The notes beneath the pieces are model-generated. The model had not been told where the DNA came from. It searched no databases and saw only the letters and a list, made by a program, of their open reading frames with translations. Below are positions 36,426 to 45,103 of a stretch of DNA of 58,929 nt, piece by piece (positions within the stretch are counted from its first letter, which is position 1; the number at the start of each line of letters is the position of its first letter). Position numbers and translations under genes: made by a program. The DNA is from a bacterium (GTDB taxonomy: Bacteria > UBA6262 > WVXT01). The stretch spans positions 1 through 58,929 of the forward strand of contig JBHIBS010000004.1 in assembly GCA_046759165.1 (NCBI GenBank), written 5' to 3'.

Positions 36426-37831
36426 TGTAGTTGAGTAGATAGAATTTCCTCTTGCTTTTCAGGTAGAATTTCCTATTTTTGGAAATAGGTCTTTTGTTTG
36501 TATTTGAACTCCTGAATGAACTTGCCATTGTGAAAAACTCTGTTCTTTCCCATTGGATGGATGTGAAGTTCAACAGTAAAGGCAACCATATTGTATTTGT
36601 GGTTTATAGTGTAGATTGAGCCATCGTAGGAGAAAGAATTGTCTTTAGCCACCTTTCTTTGCTCTTTAAGGCAGAATACATCATCCGGGTTAATATCTTT
36701 TGGTACAGGCTTAAATACAGAGGGTTTAAGCCTTTTTATAGGGGGTACACCAGTATTTCGGTTTATCCAGTAGTGATTATACCACTTAATCCATATCTGA
36801 AAGTTTCTATTTAATTCATCCAGGGATTTCACCTGATAGCGTTGTTCTTTGACAAAACGGCCTTCAATGAATCTGAATAATCTTTCAATTTTCCCTTTTG
36901 CTTTTGGATTACCAATGGCATGGTTTATCATTGGGATGCCGAGTTCTAAGAGGGCAATCTCTACATCAGTCTTAACCTGTTGGGGATTAGCATGGTAAGG
37001 ATAAAACTCCATCTGGCCTTTAATCACTCTATGGGAAAACTTTGTGTGAAGGGTGTAGTTAAAAATTGATGAGTTATCTGTATAGAGCATCTGAAAGAGG
37101 CCGTATTTTCTGATAGCTTCTTTTAAAACAAGCATATTGTTGTAAGTGGAATCAGAAGGCAAGAATCTACCCGCCAGGATCATCCTGGAGAAGTCATCAA
37201 TGAGCATAATGAGGTATATTCTGCCAAAATCAGGCCATCTCCTTATGTGGTGGGTATCCATTTGGACAAGCTCACCAAATGAAGACATCTCAAAACGGTT
37301 GGCAGGTTCTTGTTTTGTATAGCTCTTGCTGTATTGGTTTTTCTCTATAAGGATTCTCCTGACAGTGGAGGGATGAATCATTTCTCTTTGTCCAAGCAAC
37401 TTTTGTTCTTCATTAGCGAGATGTTTAGTTAGCATTTCAGCGATATGCTGGCAGGAGCGTTTTTTTCTCTGTTGTTTGAGTTTTGCTACCTTATCCCGAA
37501 TGGGGTCAGGAATTCTGTTCCAGGCAGGATGATTCCGCCTGTACCGCAAGGATTCTATAGAGCCGTTGGATTGTCTTAATCTTTTAACGAGATTTCTTAT
37601 TTGTCTAGTTGACAGATTAAGTTCTTTGGCAGCTTGTTTTTGTTTCATTCTCTTTTCTTTCACCAGAGTAATAATCCGATAGATTCTGATTAATTTCTCT
37701 GGATAAAGACAATTGATTTTCTCCAATTGGTGGTTACCTCCTCTACGGAAATTTACTCTGCAGGAAATATACCACCCGGAGACTAAAATGGGAACTATTT
37801 TAAAATAGGAAATTCTAGCTGCATAACTACA
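36426..37831 (-). mobile_element. insertion sequence, IS481/ISNCY(IS1202)-like, 1406 bp
   Basis: TGT...ACA ends, 25-bp TIR (21/25), internal TAGAATTTCCT sub-repeats, flanks TACTGGAG/TAATGGAG. Confidence 0.85.
36473..37726 (-). CDS. DDE transposase (integrase core, N-terminal HTH)
   Basis: KQAAKELNLSTRQIRNL HTH, GELVQMD, IDDFSR, YTDN, KGKIERLF; probable TTG start at 37726 after AGGAGG. Confidence 0.9.
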   Translation of the reverse strand: MEKINCLYPEKLIRIYRIITLVKEKRMKQKQAAKELNLSTRQIRNLVKRLRQSNGSIESLRYRRNHPAWNRIPDPIRDKVAKLKQQRKKRSCQHIAEMLTKHLANEEQKLLGQREMIHPSTVRRILIEKNQYSKSYTKQEPANRFEMSSFGELVQMDTHHIRRWPDFGRIYLIMLIDDFSRMILAGRFLPSDSTYNNMLVLKEAIRKYGLFQMLYTDNSSIFNYTLHTKFSHRVIKGQMEFYPYHANPQQVKTDVEIALLELGIPMINHAIGNPKAKGKIERLFRFIEGRFVKEQRYQVKSLDELNRNFQIWIKWYNHYWINRNTGVPPIKRLKPSVFKPVPKDINPDDVFCLKEQRKVAKDNSFSYDGSIYTINHKYNMVAFTVELHIHPMGKNRVFHNGKFIQEFKYKQKTYFQK

Positions 37832-37948
37832 TAATGGAGTTGCCAAAATTGAAATATTTTGATATAATATATGAAAGATAGACTGAGAGTCCGGGCATGA
37901 TTTATACTCCAAGCAAATCTGGATGAGTTAATTTAGAGAAGGGTAAAA

Positions 37949-38003
37949 AAACCCCGCAATTATTTTCTCTGGACACACTTTCGTGAAAATTAGTGCGGGG
38001 TTT
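37949..38003. repeat. 19-bp imperfect inverted repeat (possible bidirectional terminator)
   Basis: AAACCCCGCAATTATTTTC ... GAAAATTAGTGCGGGGTTT (17/19). Confidence 0.5.
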
Positions 38004-38020
38004 AATTCAAATGGGTGGAT

Positions 38021-38092
38021 TTTAGAAAATAGTTTGTTCATCACTTGAGGAATTTCGTAACGCCAAGTGGTCTTTATAAACTATTTCTAAAT
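38021..38092. mobile_element. MITE-like element, family A, internally deleted
   Basis: TTTAGAAAATAGTTTGTTCATC..GGAATTTC..AACGCCAA...AAACTATTTCTAAA; homologous to 14371 and 16405. Confidence 0.72.
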
Positions 38093-38109
38093 GTTGAGGA
38101 GGATAGGAA

Positions 38110-39105
38110 ATGATTGGAAAAGGGATTACGGCGATTAATGAGAAGGTGAGAAAAGAGAGTGAGTTTGTTGAGAGCCTGACTGCTGAGATTGGGAAGGTTA
38201 TTGTGGGGCAGAGGTACTTAATTGAGAGGCTTTTGGTAGGTCTTCTGGCTAACGGTCACTTATTGGTGGAAGGCGTTCCCGGGCTTGCCAAAACTATGTC
38301 GATAAAGACATTATCGCAGGCAATAAAAACTAAGTTTCAAAGGCTCCAGTTTACTCCAGATTTACTGCCAGCAGATTTGATTGGCACTCCGGTGTATAAT
38401 CCTAAGGATGGGAGTTTTACTACTAAGAAGGGACCAATATTCGCTAACATTATCCTGGCTGATGAGATAAACAGGGCACCGGCTAAGGTGCAGAGTGCAC
38501 TCCTGGAAGCAATGCAGGAAAGGCAGGTGACCATTGGGGAAAATACTTTTAAGTTGGATGAGCCTTTTTTGGTTATGGCTACACAGAATCCTATAGAGCA
38601 GGAAGGGACTTACCCTCTGCCTGAGGCGCAGATTGATAGATTTATGCTTAAGATAAATATATCCTACCCTGATATGGAAGAGGAACATAAAATTCTTAAA
38701 CGAATGAGTTTTACTGATAAGAAGATTGAAGTTGACCCTGTTATTACCCCTGAAGATATTATAAGGGCGAGAAGTGTAGTTGACGAAGTATATATGGATG
38801 AGAAAATAGAAAAGTATATTCTGGATGTCGTCTTCGCTACAAGAGAACCTAAGAAATACAAATTGGATGAACTAACTGACCTCATTCAATACGGCGCTTC
38901 GCCGCGCGCCAGTATATATCTGACTGTGGCCTCTAAGGCTTATGCTTTTATTCAAAACAGGGGGTATGTAACACCTCAAGATGTTAAGTCTATAGGGCCG
39001 GATGTTCTAAGACACAGGGTCATTGTAAGCTATGAGGCAGAGGCCGAGGAGAAAACCCCAGAAGATATTGTAAAGAGAGTATTTGAGGAGGTGGAAGTGC
39101 CATAA
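38110..39105 (+). CDS. moxR: MoxR-family AAA+ ATPase
   Basis: EGVPGLAKT, QFTPDLLPAD, LADEINRAPAKVQSALLEAMQE, ATQNPIEQEGTYPLPEAQ. Confidence 0.96.
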   Translation: MIGKGITAINEKVRKESEFVESLTAEIGKVIVGQRYLIERLLVGLLANGHLLVEGVPGLAKTMSIKTLSQAIKTKFQRLQFTPDLLPADLIGTPVYNPKDGSFTTKKGPIFANIILADEINRAPAKVQSALLEAMQERQVTIGENTFKLDEPFLVMATQNPIEQEGTYPLPEAQIDRFMLKINISYPDMEEEHKILKRMSFTDKKIEVDPVITPEDIIRARSVVDEVYMDEKIEKYILDVVFATREPKKYKLDELTDLIQYGASPRASIYLTVASKAYAFIQNRGYVTPQDVKSIGPDVLRHRVIVSYEAEAEEKTPEDIVKRVFEEVEVP

Positions 39106-39106
39106 G

Positions 39107-39985
39107 ATGATACCAAAAGAGATTTTCCAGGAAATACGCAGGATACAGATAACCACCTCTCGTATGGTTACGGATGTCTTCGCCGGGCAGTATCAAAGTA
39201 TTTTTAAAGGTAAGGGTATGGATTTTGAAGAAGTTAGAGAATACCAGCCGGGAGATGAAATCCGTTCAATAGACTGGAATGTTACTGCCCGTATGGGACA
39301 TCCCTATGTGAAGAAATTTATAGAGGAGAGGGAACTGACCATTATGCTGCTTCTGGATATGTCGAATTCTTTCTATTTTGGAACTGTAAACAAACTTAAG
39401 AGCCGATTGGCAACAGAACTCTGCTCTGTTCTGGCATTCTCCGCTATTCAGAATAACGATAGAGTGGGATTTATTGCTTTTACCGATAGAATAGAAAAGT
39501 TTGTTCCTCCCAGAAAAGGTATTCGTCATGTGTTAAGAGTTATCAGAGAAGCCCTGTATCTAAAGCCTGAAGGTAAAGGGACAGATATACCTGGTGCGAT
39601 TGAATACTTGAATAGAGTGACCAATCGCAGAACAGTCACATTCATCGTATCTGACTTTTACGCATCTGATTTTAAGAAGCCCTTGTCTATTGCCAATAAG
39701 AGGCATGATGTTATTGCCATTACCATAATAGACCCCAGAGAAATTAGCTTGCCAGATATAGGCATAGTTAAGCTTGATGATGCAGAGAGCGAAAGAAGTT
39801 TTTTAATAGATACTTCTGACCCCAAGGTAAGGCAAGAATACAATAAGAATTCTCTCGAAAGATTAGAAGAAAGAAGGGAATTGTTCCGTTCTATAAATGT
39901 TGATAATATAGATATTCGCACGGATGTGCCGTATTCTCATGACCTGTTCAAATTTTTCAGAATGAGACAGAGGAGGATCCGGTAA
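39107..39985 (+). CDS. DUF58 family protein (VWA-like)
   Basis: GMDFEEVREYQPGDEIRSIDWNVTAR, VSDF. Confidence 0.93.
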   Translation: MIPKEIFQEIRRIQITTSRMVTDVFAGQYQSIFKGKGMDFEEVREYQPGDEIRSIDWNVTARMGHPYVKKFIEERELTIMLLLDMSNSFYFGTVNKLKSRLATELCSVLAFSAIQNNDRVGFIAFTDRIEKFVPPRKGIRHVLRVIREALYLKPEGKGTDIPGAIEYLNRVTNRRTVTFIVSDFYASDFKKPLSIANKRHDVIAITIIDPREISLPDIGIVKLDDAESERSFLIDTSDPKVRQEYNKNSLERLEERRELFRSINVDNIDIRTDVPYSHDLFKFFRMRQRRIR

Positions 39986-39995
39986 GCTGAGGGCA

Positions 39996-40069
39996 GTAGG
40001 GGTCTGGCTGATGTCTGGTCCTCTTCACCTTAGCCCTTTCAGAGATGTGTAATATGGAGAGCTAACCCC
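39996..40069. repeat. degenerate GTAG-REP (39996-40021) plus CTGACCCC-type end motif (40046-40069)
   Basis: GTAGGGGTCTGGC..GTCTGGTCC; 40046-69 matches 42198-42221 at 20/24. Confidence 0.5.
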
Positions 40070-40094
40070 CGGCAAGCTCCAAAAGGGGAGATAA

Positions 40095-41081
40095 ATGAGA
40101 AAGAGTATTATTCCAAATCTGATAATTATTGTGATGCTTGGGATTCTGATGGCTTTAACTTTAAAGGGTTTTTCTAAATTCTCAAAAGCTCAGTTGGCCG
40201 AGAAGGCCTGGAGCCAGCAGAAACAGCTTGAATATGCTAATTTGCTTCTAGCGAAAGGGTTAAAAGGGGAAGCGGCTCTGGCACTGGAAAATTACATAGA
40301 TACAAGTAAAGGTGATAAAAAAGAGCTGGCAAAGGTCTGTTATAGGTTAGGGAATATATATATGGATTTATACGAATATGAAAAAGCGTTAACGTCTTTC
40401 TATAAGGCGGAGATGTTAGACAAAAAAGCAGATTTTAAGGATGAGATGAATGGGAAGATTGTTGAAGCATTGGAGAAATTAGGGATGAGCTCACAGGCAC
40501 AATATGAGCTTGAGGCAAGGACAGCTATAGGTGGGACGCCAAAAAGAGAAGGGAAAGTTGTGGCTCGTATAGGGAAGGAAGAAATTACAGATACCCAGAT
40601 TAATGAAGCATTGGATAGGTTGCCTGAGTGGAGCAGGAAGGAATTCCAAACAGAGGAGGCAAGACAGGATTTCATAAAGGAATATGTGGCGACGGAAGTA
40701 TTATACCGAAAGGCAAAAAGACTGGGTCTGGACAAAACTCCCCAGACCAGAAAAGAAATAGAGGCATTGAAGAAGCAACTTGTTGTTGGGCAATTGGTGC
40801 AGAAGCAGATAAGCGACAAATTAAGAATTACTCCTGAGGAGTTGAAACTTTATTATAAGGCAAATAAGGATAAATATGTTGAAGAAACTAAAACAAAAAA
40901 TGGTAAGAAGGTGAAGAGACAAAAAAAGTTTCCCGAGGTGAAAGTACAGGTTGAATATGACTATAAGTTAGAAAAACAGAAAGAGCTTACCAGTGCTTTA
41001 TTGAAAAAGGCTTTGGAAGAACAAGAGGTAGAAATCTTTTATGAACCGTCTAAGAAGAAAAAACAAAAGAGCAAGAAATAA
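40095..41081 (+). CDS. membrane-anchored TPR protein with SurA/PrsA-like helical chaperone domain
   Basis: N-terminal TM; TPR YRLGNIYMDLYEYEKALTSFYKA; VVARIGKEEIT..LYRKAKRLGLD..ITPEELKLYY; no PPIase domain seen. Confidence 0.7.
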   Translation: MRKSIIPNLIIIVMLGILMALTLKGFSKFSKAQLAEKAWSQQKQLEYANLLLAKGLKGEAALALENYIDTSKGDKKELAKVCYRLGNIYMDLYEYEKALTSFYKAEMLDKKADFKDEMNGKIVEALEKLGMSSQAQYELEARTAIGGTPKREGKVVARIGKEEITDTQINEALDRLPEWSRKEFQTEEARQDFIKEYVATEVLYRKAKRLGLDKTPQTRKEIEALKKQLVVGQLVQKQISDKLRITPEELKLYYKANKDKYVEETKTKNGKKVKRQKKFPEVKVQVEYDYKLEKQKELTSALLKKALEEQEVEIFYEPSKKKKQKSKK

Positions 41082-42060
41082 CCTGATGGGATGTCTGTGT
41101 TTCGTATTTTTATCTTTTTTGATTTCCTCTACTCTGGCGCTCGCTCGGGAGGCAAAGAATGAAAAATCTCCCATAGAAGTTGAAGCCGCGGTGGATAGAA
41201 ACTCCATAAGCATTGGCGATAAGATAAGATATAGGATTAGAGTTAAGACCAGAAAGGATATAGAAGTTGAATTTCCCAGCTTTGCTGAAAATTTAGCTGG
41301 GTTTGCTATTAAAGATTTCGGCTCTGCGGAAAGAGGGTTTCTTGGTAAGAAGACACTGGTGCAGTGGTATTTACTGGATACCTATACGACTGGTAAATAT
41401 ACTATTCCCAAAGCCACTATAAAATACAGAAGGAAAAATCAGAAACAATGGCAGGAGATAGAAACCAATGAACTTAAAGTTGAAGTCAAAAGCGTTTTGG
41501 AAAAGGGAGGCAAGGCAACTGATATACGGGATATTAAAGACCCGGTAGACTTTCCTGGCAAGGTAAATCCGTACCTTATTCTGGCGGCGTGTGTTCTTCT
41601 CGGTGCGGGCGGTTTTCTGTGGGTATTTTTGGCAAGGAAGAAGGAAAAGAAAGAGATTATTCCTCCCAGACCTGCCCACGAGATAGCCTATGAGAGACTG
41701 GAAGAACTTAAGAAGAAAGATTTGTTAAGCCAGGGCAGAGTCAAAGAATTCTATTTTGAACTCTCCCTTATTGTGAGATACTATCTGGAAGACAGATTCG
41801 ACCTGAGAGCTCCCGAGATGACCACAGAGGAATTCTTGCTCAAAGTTAAAGATTCCCAAAAGTTGTCTTATGAGCACAAAGGTGTTTTAAGAGACTTTCT
41901 GTCGCATTGTGATCTGGTAAAATTTGCCAAATATGGACCAAGTGATACAGAAATAAATTCAAGTTTGGAATCAGCAAAAAAATTGATAGACGACACTAGA
42001 CCAGAAGTACGGGAAGAGATACCGCAGGTTAAGGAGGCTATAGGGGTGAGGGAAGGATAA
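41041..42060 (+). CDS. Bat-operon protein (BatD-like Ig domain, TM, C-terminal helical domain)
   Basis: VDRNSISIGD, DIRDIK, TM, EMTTEEF, DLVKFAK; start uncertain. Confidence 0.75.
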   Translation: MNRLRRKNKRARNNLMGCLCFVFLSFLISSTLALAREAKNEKSPIEVEAAVDRNSISIGDKIRYRIRVKTRKDIEVEFPSFAENLAGFAIKDFGSAERGFLGKKTLVQWYLLDTYTTGKYTIPKATIKYRRKNQKQWQEIETNELKVEVKSVLEKGGKATDIRDIKDPVDFPGKVNPYLILAACVLLGAGGFLWVFLARKKEKKEIIPPRPAHEIAYERLEELKKKDLLSQGRVKEFYFELSLIVRYYLEDRFDLRAPEMTTEEFLLKVKDSQKLSYEHKGVLRDFLSHCDLVKFAKYGPSDTEINSSLESAKKLIDDTRPEVREEIPQVKEAIGVREG

Positions 42061-42155
42061 GGGACGACAGGGCGATCATCCCCTGCATGATTGGTTGTAG
42101 GGGCCAGCCGCTGTGGTCGCCCGAAGGAAGGGATGGCAGGGCGGTCGTCCCTTAC
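42061..42155. repeat. BIME-like mosaic of three alternating GTAG-family REPs
   Basis: Minus copy from 42061, plus copy GTAGGGGCCAGCCGCTGTGGTCGCCC at 42097, minus copy ending CTTAC at about 42155. Confidence 0.65.
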
Positions 42156-42197
42156 GGCAGAGAATTTAGTGCACCATAGCTAGGCGGATTGGGAAAG

Positions 42198-42221
42198 TGT
42201 GTAATGTCGAGACCTGACCCC
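42198..42221 (-). repeat. GGGGTCAG-type end motif (GGGGTCAGGTCTCGACATTACACA)
   Basis: Shares the GGGGTCAG core with the RAYT termini; second copy at 40046-69. Confidence 0.55.
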
Positions 42222-42232
42222 AGAGGTGAAGG

Positions 42233-43228
42233 ATGAATTTTCAGGAGCGCTGGATTCTATTATTACTTCCTCTTATAATAGGTCTTATTTTCTATAATAA
42301 GAAAAAATCTCCAAATCCAGGGATAAAGTTCTCTTCTGGCAAACTCCTTGGTGGGCTTAAAAAATCTTTTAAGGTAAGATTGAACCAGAATATTATATTC
42401 TTGAGAGCAGGAGCAATCTTTCTAATAATCCTTGCCCTGGCGAGACCTCAGTCGCCAGTAAAAGAATCGAAGATAAGGACAAAAGGTATAGATATTGTTC
42501 TGGCGATTGATGTGTCTACCAGTATGAGAGCATGCGATTTTAAACTTGGTGGTAAACCCACTAACAGACTCGAGGTGGTGAAAGATGTAGTTAAGGATTT
42601 TATAGCTGGCAGGCAAAATGATAGGATAGGAATGATTGCCTTTGCTTCCCGCGCATATACAGTCTGTCCTCTTACCCTTGATTACGAGTGGTTGTTGGAG
42701 AATTTAGAAAGAGTCAAAATTGGGATGATAGAAGATGGCACAGCTATCGGTTCTGGGATAAGTTCCGCTTTAAACAGGCTAAAAGACACTGAGGCAAAGG
42801 GAAAGGTTATAGTCCTTCTTACGGACGGTAGAAATAATGCGGGTAGGATTTCTCCTTTAACGGCAGCTGAGGCAGCTAAAGCGTTGAAAGTGAAGGTTTA
42901 TACCATAGGTGCTGGCACAAAGGGTCTGGCGCCTTATCCCGTGAGAGACTTCTTTGGTAACATAGTTTATCAGCCTGTGAAGATAGATATTGATGAAGAT
43001 ACATTAATAAAGATTGCTTCCGAAACTGATGCCAGATATTTTAGAGCTACTGATACAAAATCGTTAAGAGAGATTTATGGGGAAATAGATAAGTTAGAAA
43101 AGACTCCTATGGAGGAGAAAGGTTATCTGGAATATAAGGAATTGTTCCCTGTGTTTTTAATTCCAGGATTGGTTCTGTTATCTCTGGAAATTATTTTGGG
43201 AAATACAATTTTAAGAAGGATTCCTTAA
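42233..43228 (+). CDS. batA: BatA-like VWA domain protein
   Basis: LALARPQ, DVSTSM (MIDAS), GTAIG, LLTDGRNNAG. Confidence 0.9.
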   Translation: MNFQERWILLLLPLIIGLIFYNKKKSPNPGIKFSSGKLLGGLKKSFKVRLNQNIIFLRAGAIFLIILALARPQSPVKESKIRTKGIDIVLAIDVSTSMRACDFKLGGKPTNRLEVVKDVVKDFIAGRQNDRIGMIAFASRAYTVCPLTLDYEWLLENLERVKIGMIEDGTAIGSGISSALNRLKDTEAKGKVIVLLTDGRNNAGRISPLTAAEAAKALKVKVYTIGAGTKGLAPYPVRDFFGNIVYQPVKIDIDEDTLIKIASETDARYFRATDTKSLREIYGEIDKLEKTPMEEKGYLEYKELFPVFLIPGLVLLSLEIILGNTILRRIP

Positions 43229-43229
43229 A

Positions 43230-44234
43230 ATGAGATTTGGCAATATTCATGCAATATATCTTCTCTGGTTGATATTGGCTCTTGTTCTGTTTTATTTCTG
43301 GGTTCTTAAGAGAAGAAGAAGAGCGATGGAAGATTTTGCTCAAGAGTCTCTTTTAAGTGAATTGACTTCTTCTTTTGATATGAGGAAAAAGAGATTGAAG
43401 TTATTTTTACTCTCTTTAGCGATATTTTTAAGCCTCTTTTCCTTAATGAGGCCTCAGTGGGGTGTCCACTGGGAGAAAGTGAAAAGAAAGGGTCTTGATA
43501 TATTGATCGCTATAGATACCTCAAATAGTATGCTCGCCGAAGATGTGAAACCTAACAGGTTGGAGAGATCAAAGTTAGCAGTAGAGGATTTGATAAGGAA
43601 ACTGGAAGGCGACAGGATTGGACTGATTGCCTTCTCAGGCACGGCATTTTTGCAGTGCCCTTTGACCATTGATTACAATGGATTTCTTCTTTCTTTAAAT
43701 GACCTGGATACTCATACTATACCCAGAGGAGGTACTTCGATATCGAGCGCTATTAAGGAGGCTATCAAGACTTACAAAGGAGGAGAGAAAAAGTATAAGA
43801 TTTTGGTCCTTATAACCGATGGTGAGGATCACGAAGGCGATCCGATTAAAGTAGCTGAACAGGCTAAGAAAGAAGGCATCAAGATATTCTGCATAGGAAT
43901 AGGAACCAAAGAAGGAGAACTTATACCAATTATGGATGAGTCTGGACACAGAGTATTTCTGAAAGATAGACGGGGTAATTTTGTTAAAACACGCTTAGAT
44001 GAAGTTACTCTCCAGAAGATAGCCTTAACCACAGGTGGAAGCTATGTGCATGCTACTGGTGCAGAATTTGGCTTAGATTTAATCTATAAACAGAAACTCT
44101 CTAAAATGGAAAAAAGAGAACTTAAAAGCAAAATGGCGAAGCATTATGAAGAGAGATTTCAAATTCCTTTGGCACTTTCGCTTCTTCTTCTATTTTTGGA
44201 GCCTCTTATAGGTGAAAGAAAAAAATTGAGATGA
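43230..44234 (+). CDS. batB: BatB-like VWA domain protein
   Basis: RPQWG, DTSNSMLAEDVKPNRL, CPLTID, ITDGEDHEG. Confidence 0.9.
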   Translation: MRFGNIHAIYLLWLILALVLFYFWVLKRRRRAMEDFAQESLLSELTSSFDMRKKRLKLFLLSLAIFLSLFSLMRPQWGVHWEKVKRKGLDILIAIDTSNSMLAEDVKPNRLERSKLAVEDLIRKLEGDRIGLIAFSGTAFLQCPLTIDYNGFLLSLNDLDTHTIPRGGTSISSAIKEAIKTYKGGEKKYKILVLITDGEDHEGDPIKVAEQAKKEGIKIFCIGIGTKEGELIPIMDESGHRVFLKDRRGNFVKTRLDEVTLQKIALTTGGSYVHATGAEFGLDLIYKQKLSKMEKRELKSKMAKHYEERFQIPLALSLLLLFLEPLIGERKKLR

Positions 44235-45103
44235 GGAGAATTTTGCGGGTGGCTATTATACTCGTCACCCTTAGGGGTGAGCGACCAATCCGAGTTGGCA
44301 AGATGAGGAAGGTTCTGTATATATTCATCGGGACAGCATTTTTTCTTTTTTCTTGTTTATCAGTAAGTTATTCTGCATCAGCGGTTAAGACTGTAAAAAG
44401 AGCAAATCGATTATACAAAGACAAGAAGTTTGATGAAGCTCTGAAAGATTACAATGAAGCACAGGCGCAATTGCCTGATTCTGACATAACAAATTTTAAT
44501 ATGGGGGCCGCACTATATAAGAAAGGAGAATATTCTAAAGCCATTGAGTCGTTCACAAAGGCGCTGACTACTGAGGATTCTGTTCTAGAGGCAAAGACAA
44601 ATTATAATATAGGTAATAACAAGTATAAACAGGGGAAGCTTAAACAGAACACGGATTTAGCCAGTGCGGTAGACCTTTATAGAGAGGCTCTGCAATATTA
44701 TAAGAGGGCAATAGAATTAAATGAGAAAGATAAAGATGCAAAATATAACCATGAGTTTGTAGAGAAGAAGTTAAAGATTCTTCTGGATAAATTAAAAAAG
44801 CAAGAAGAAAAAATGAAAAAGGGAAAAAAAGAAGAACAGGGGAAAGAGAAAAAATCACAATTACAGACAGCATCTTCGGGTAGAAAAAAAGAAGAGGGTA
44901 AGAAAGAAGCGAAAGGTGAAAAAGGGGAACAACGCAAGAAACAAGTGGCGGAGGCTAAAGCAGGTCAGGAACAGCCGAAAGAAATGTCTGAACAGGAAGC
45001 AAGAATGCTCTTAGAAGGATATCGGCAGGAAGAGGAATCAAAAGGTAAAATTAAACAGAGGGTAAGGAAAGGTTATTATCCTAAAGTTTTGGAGGATTGG
45101 TGA
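44231..45103 (+). CDS. batC: BatC-like TPR protein
   Basis: TPRs, low-complexity K/E/Q linker, MSEQEARMLL, C-terminal DW; alternative start at 44303. Confidence 0.82.
   Translation: MRRILRVAIILVTLRGERPIRVGKMRKVLYIFIGTAFFLFSCLSVSYSASAVKTVKRANRLYKDKKFDEALKDYNEAQAQLPDSDITNFNMGAALYKKGEYSKAIESFTKALTTEDSVLEAKTNYNIGNNKYKQGKLKQNTDLASAVDLYREALQYYKRAIELNEKDKDAKYNHEFVEKKLKILLDKLKKQEEKMKKGKKEEQGKEKKSQLQTASSGRKKEEGKKEAKGEKGEQRKKQVAEAKAGQEQPKEMSEQEARMLLEGYRQEEESKGKIKQRVRKGYYPKVLEDW

Noticed and set aside
37727-37912. N-terminal extension of the transposase in the ORF track
   Set aside because: It runs past the IS terminal repeat (37831); a TTG with AGGAGG at 37726 is the better start.
32829-38100. Integrase-type genomic island at tRNA-Pro
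   Set aside because: No integrase, and I found no duplicated tRNA 3' end (attR) by eye.
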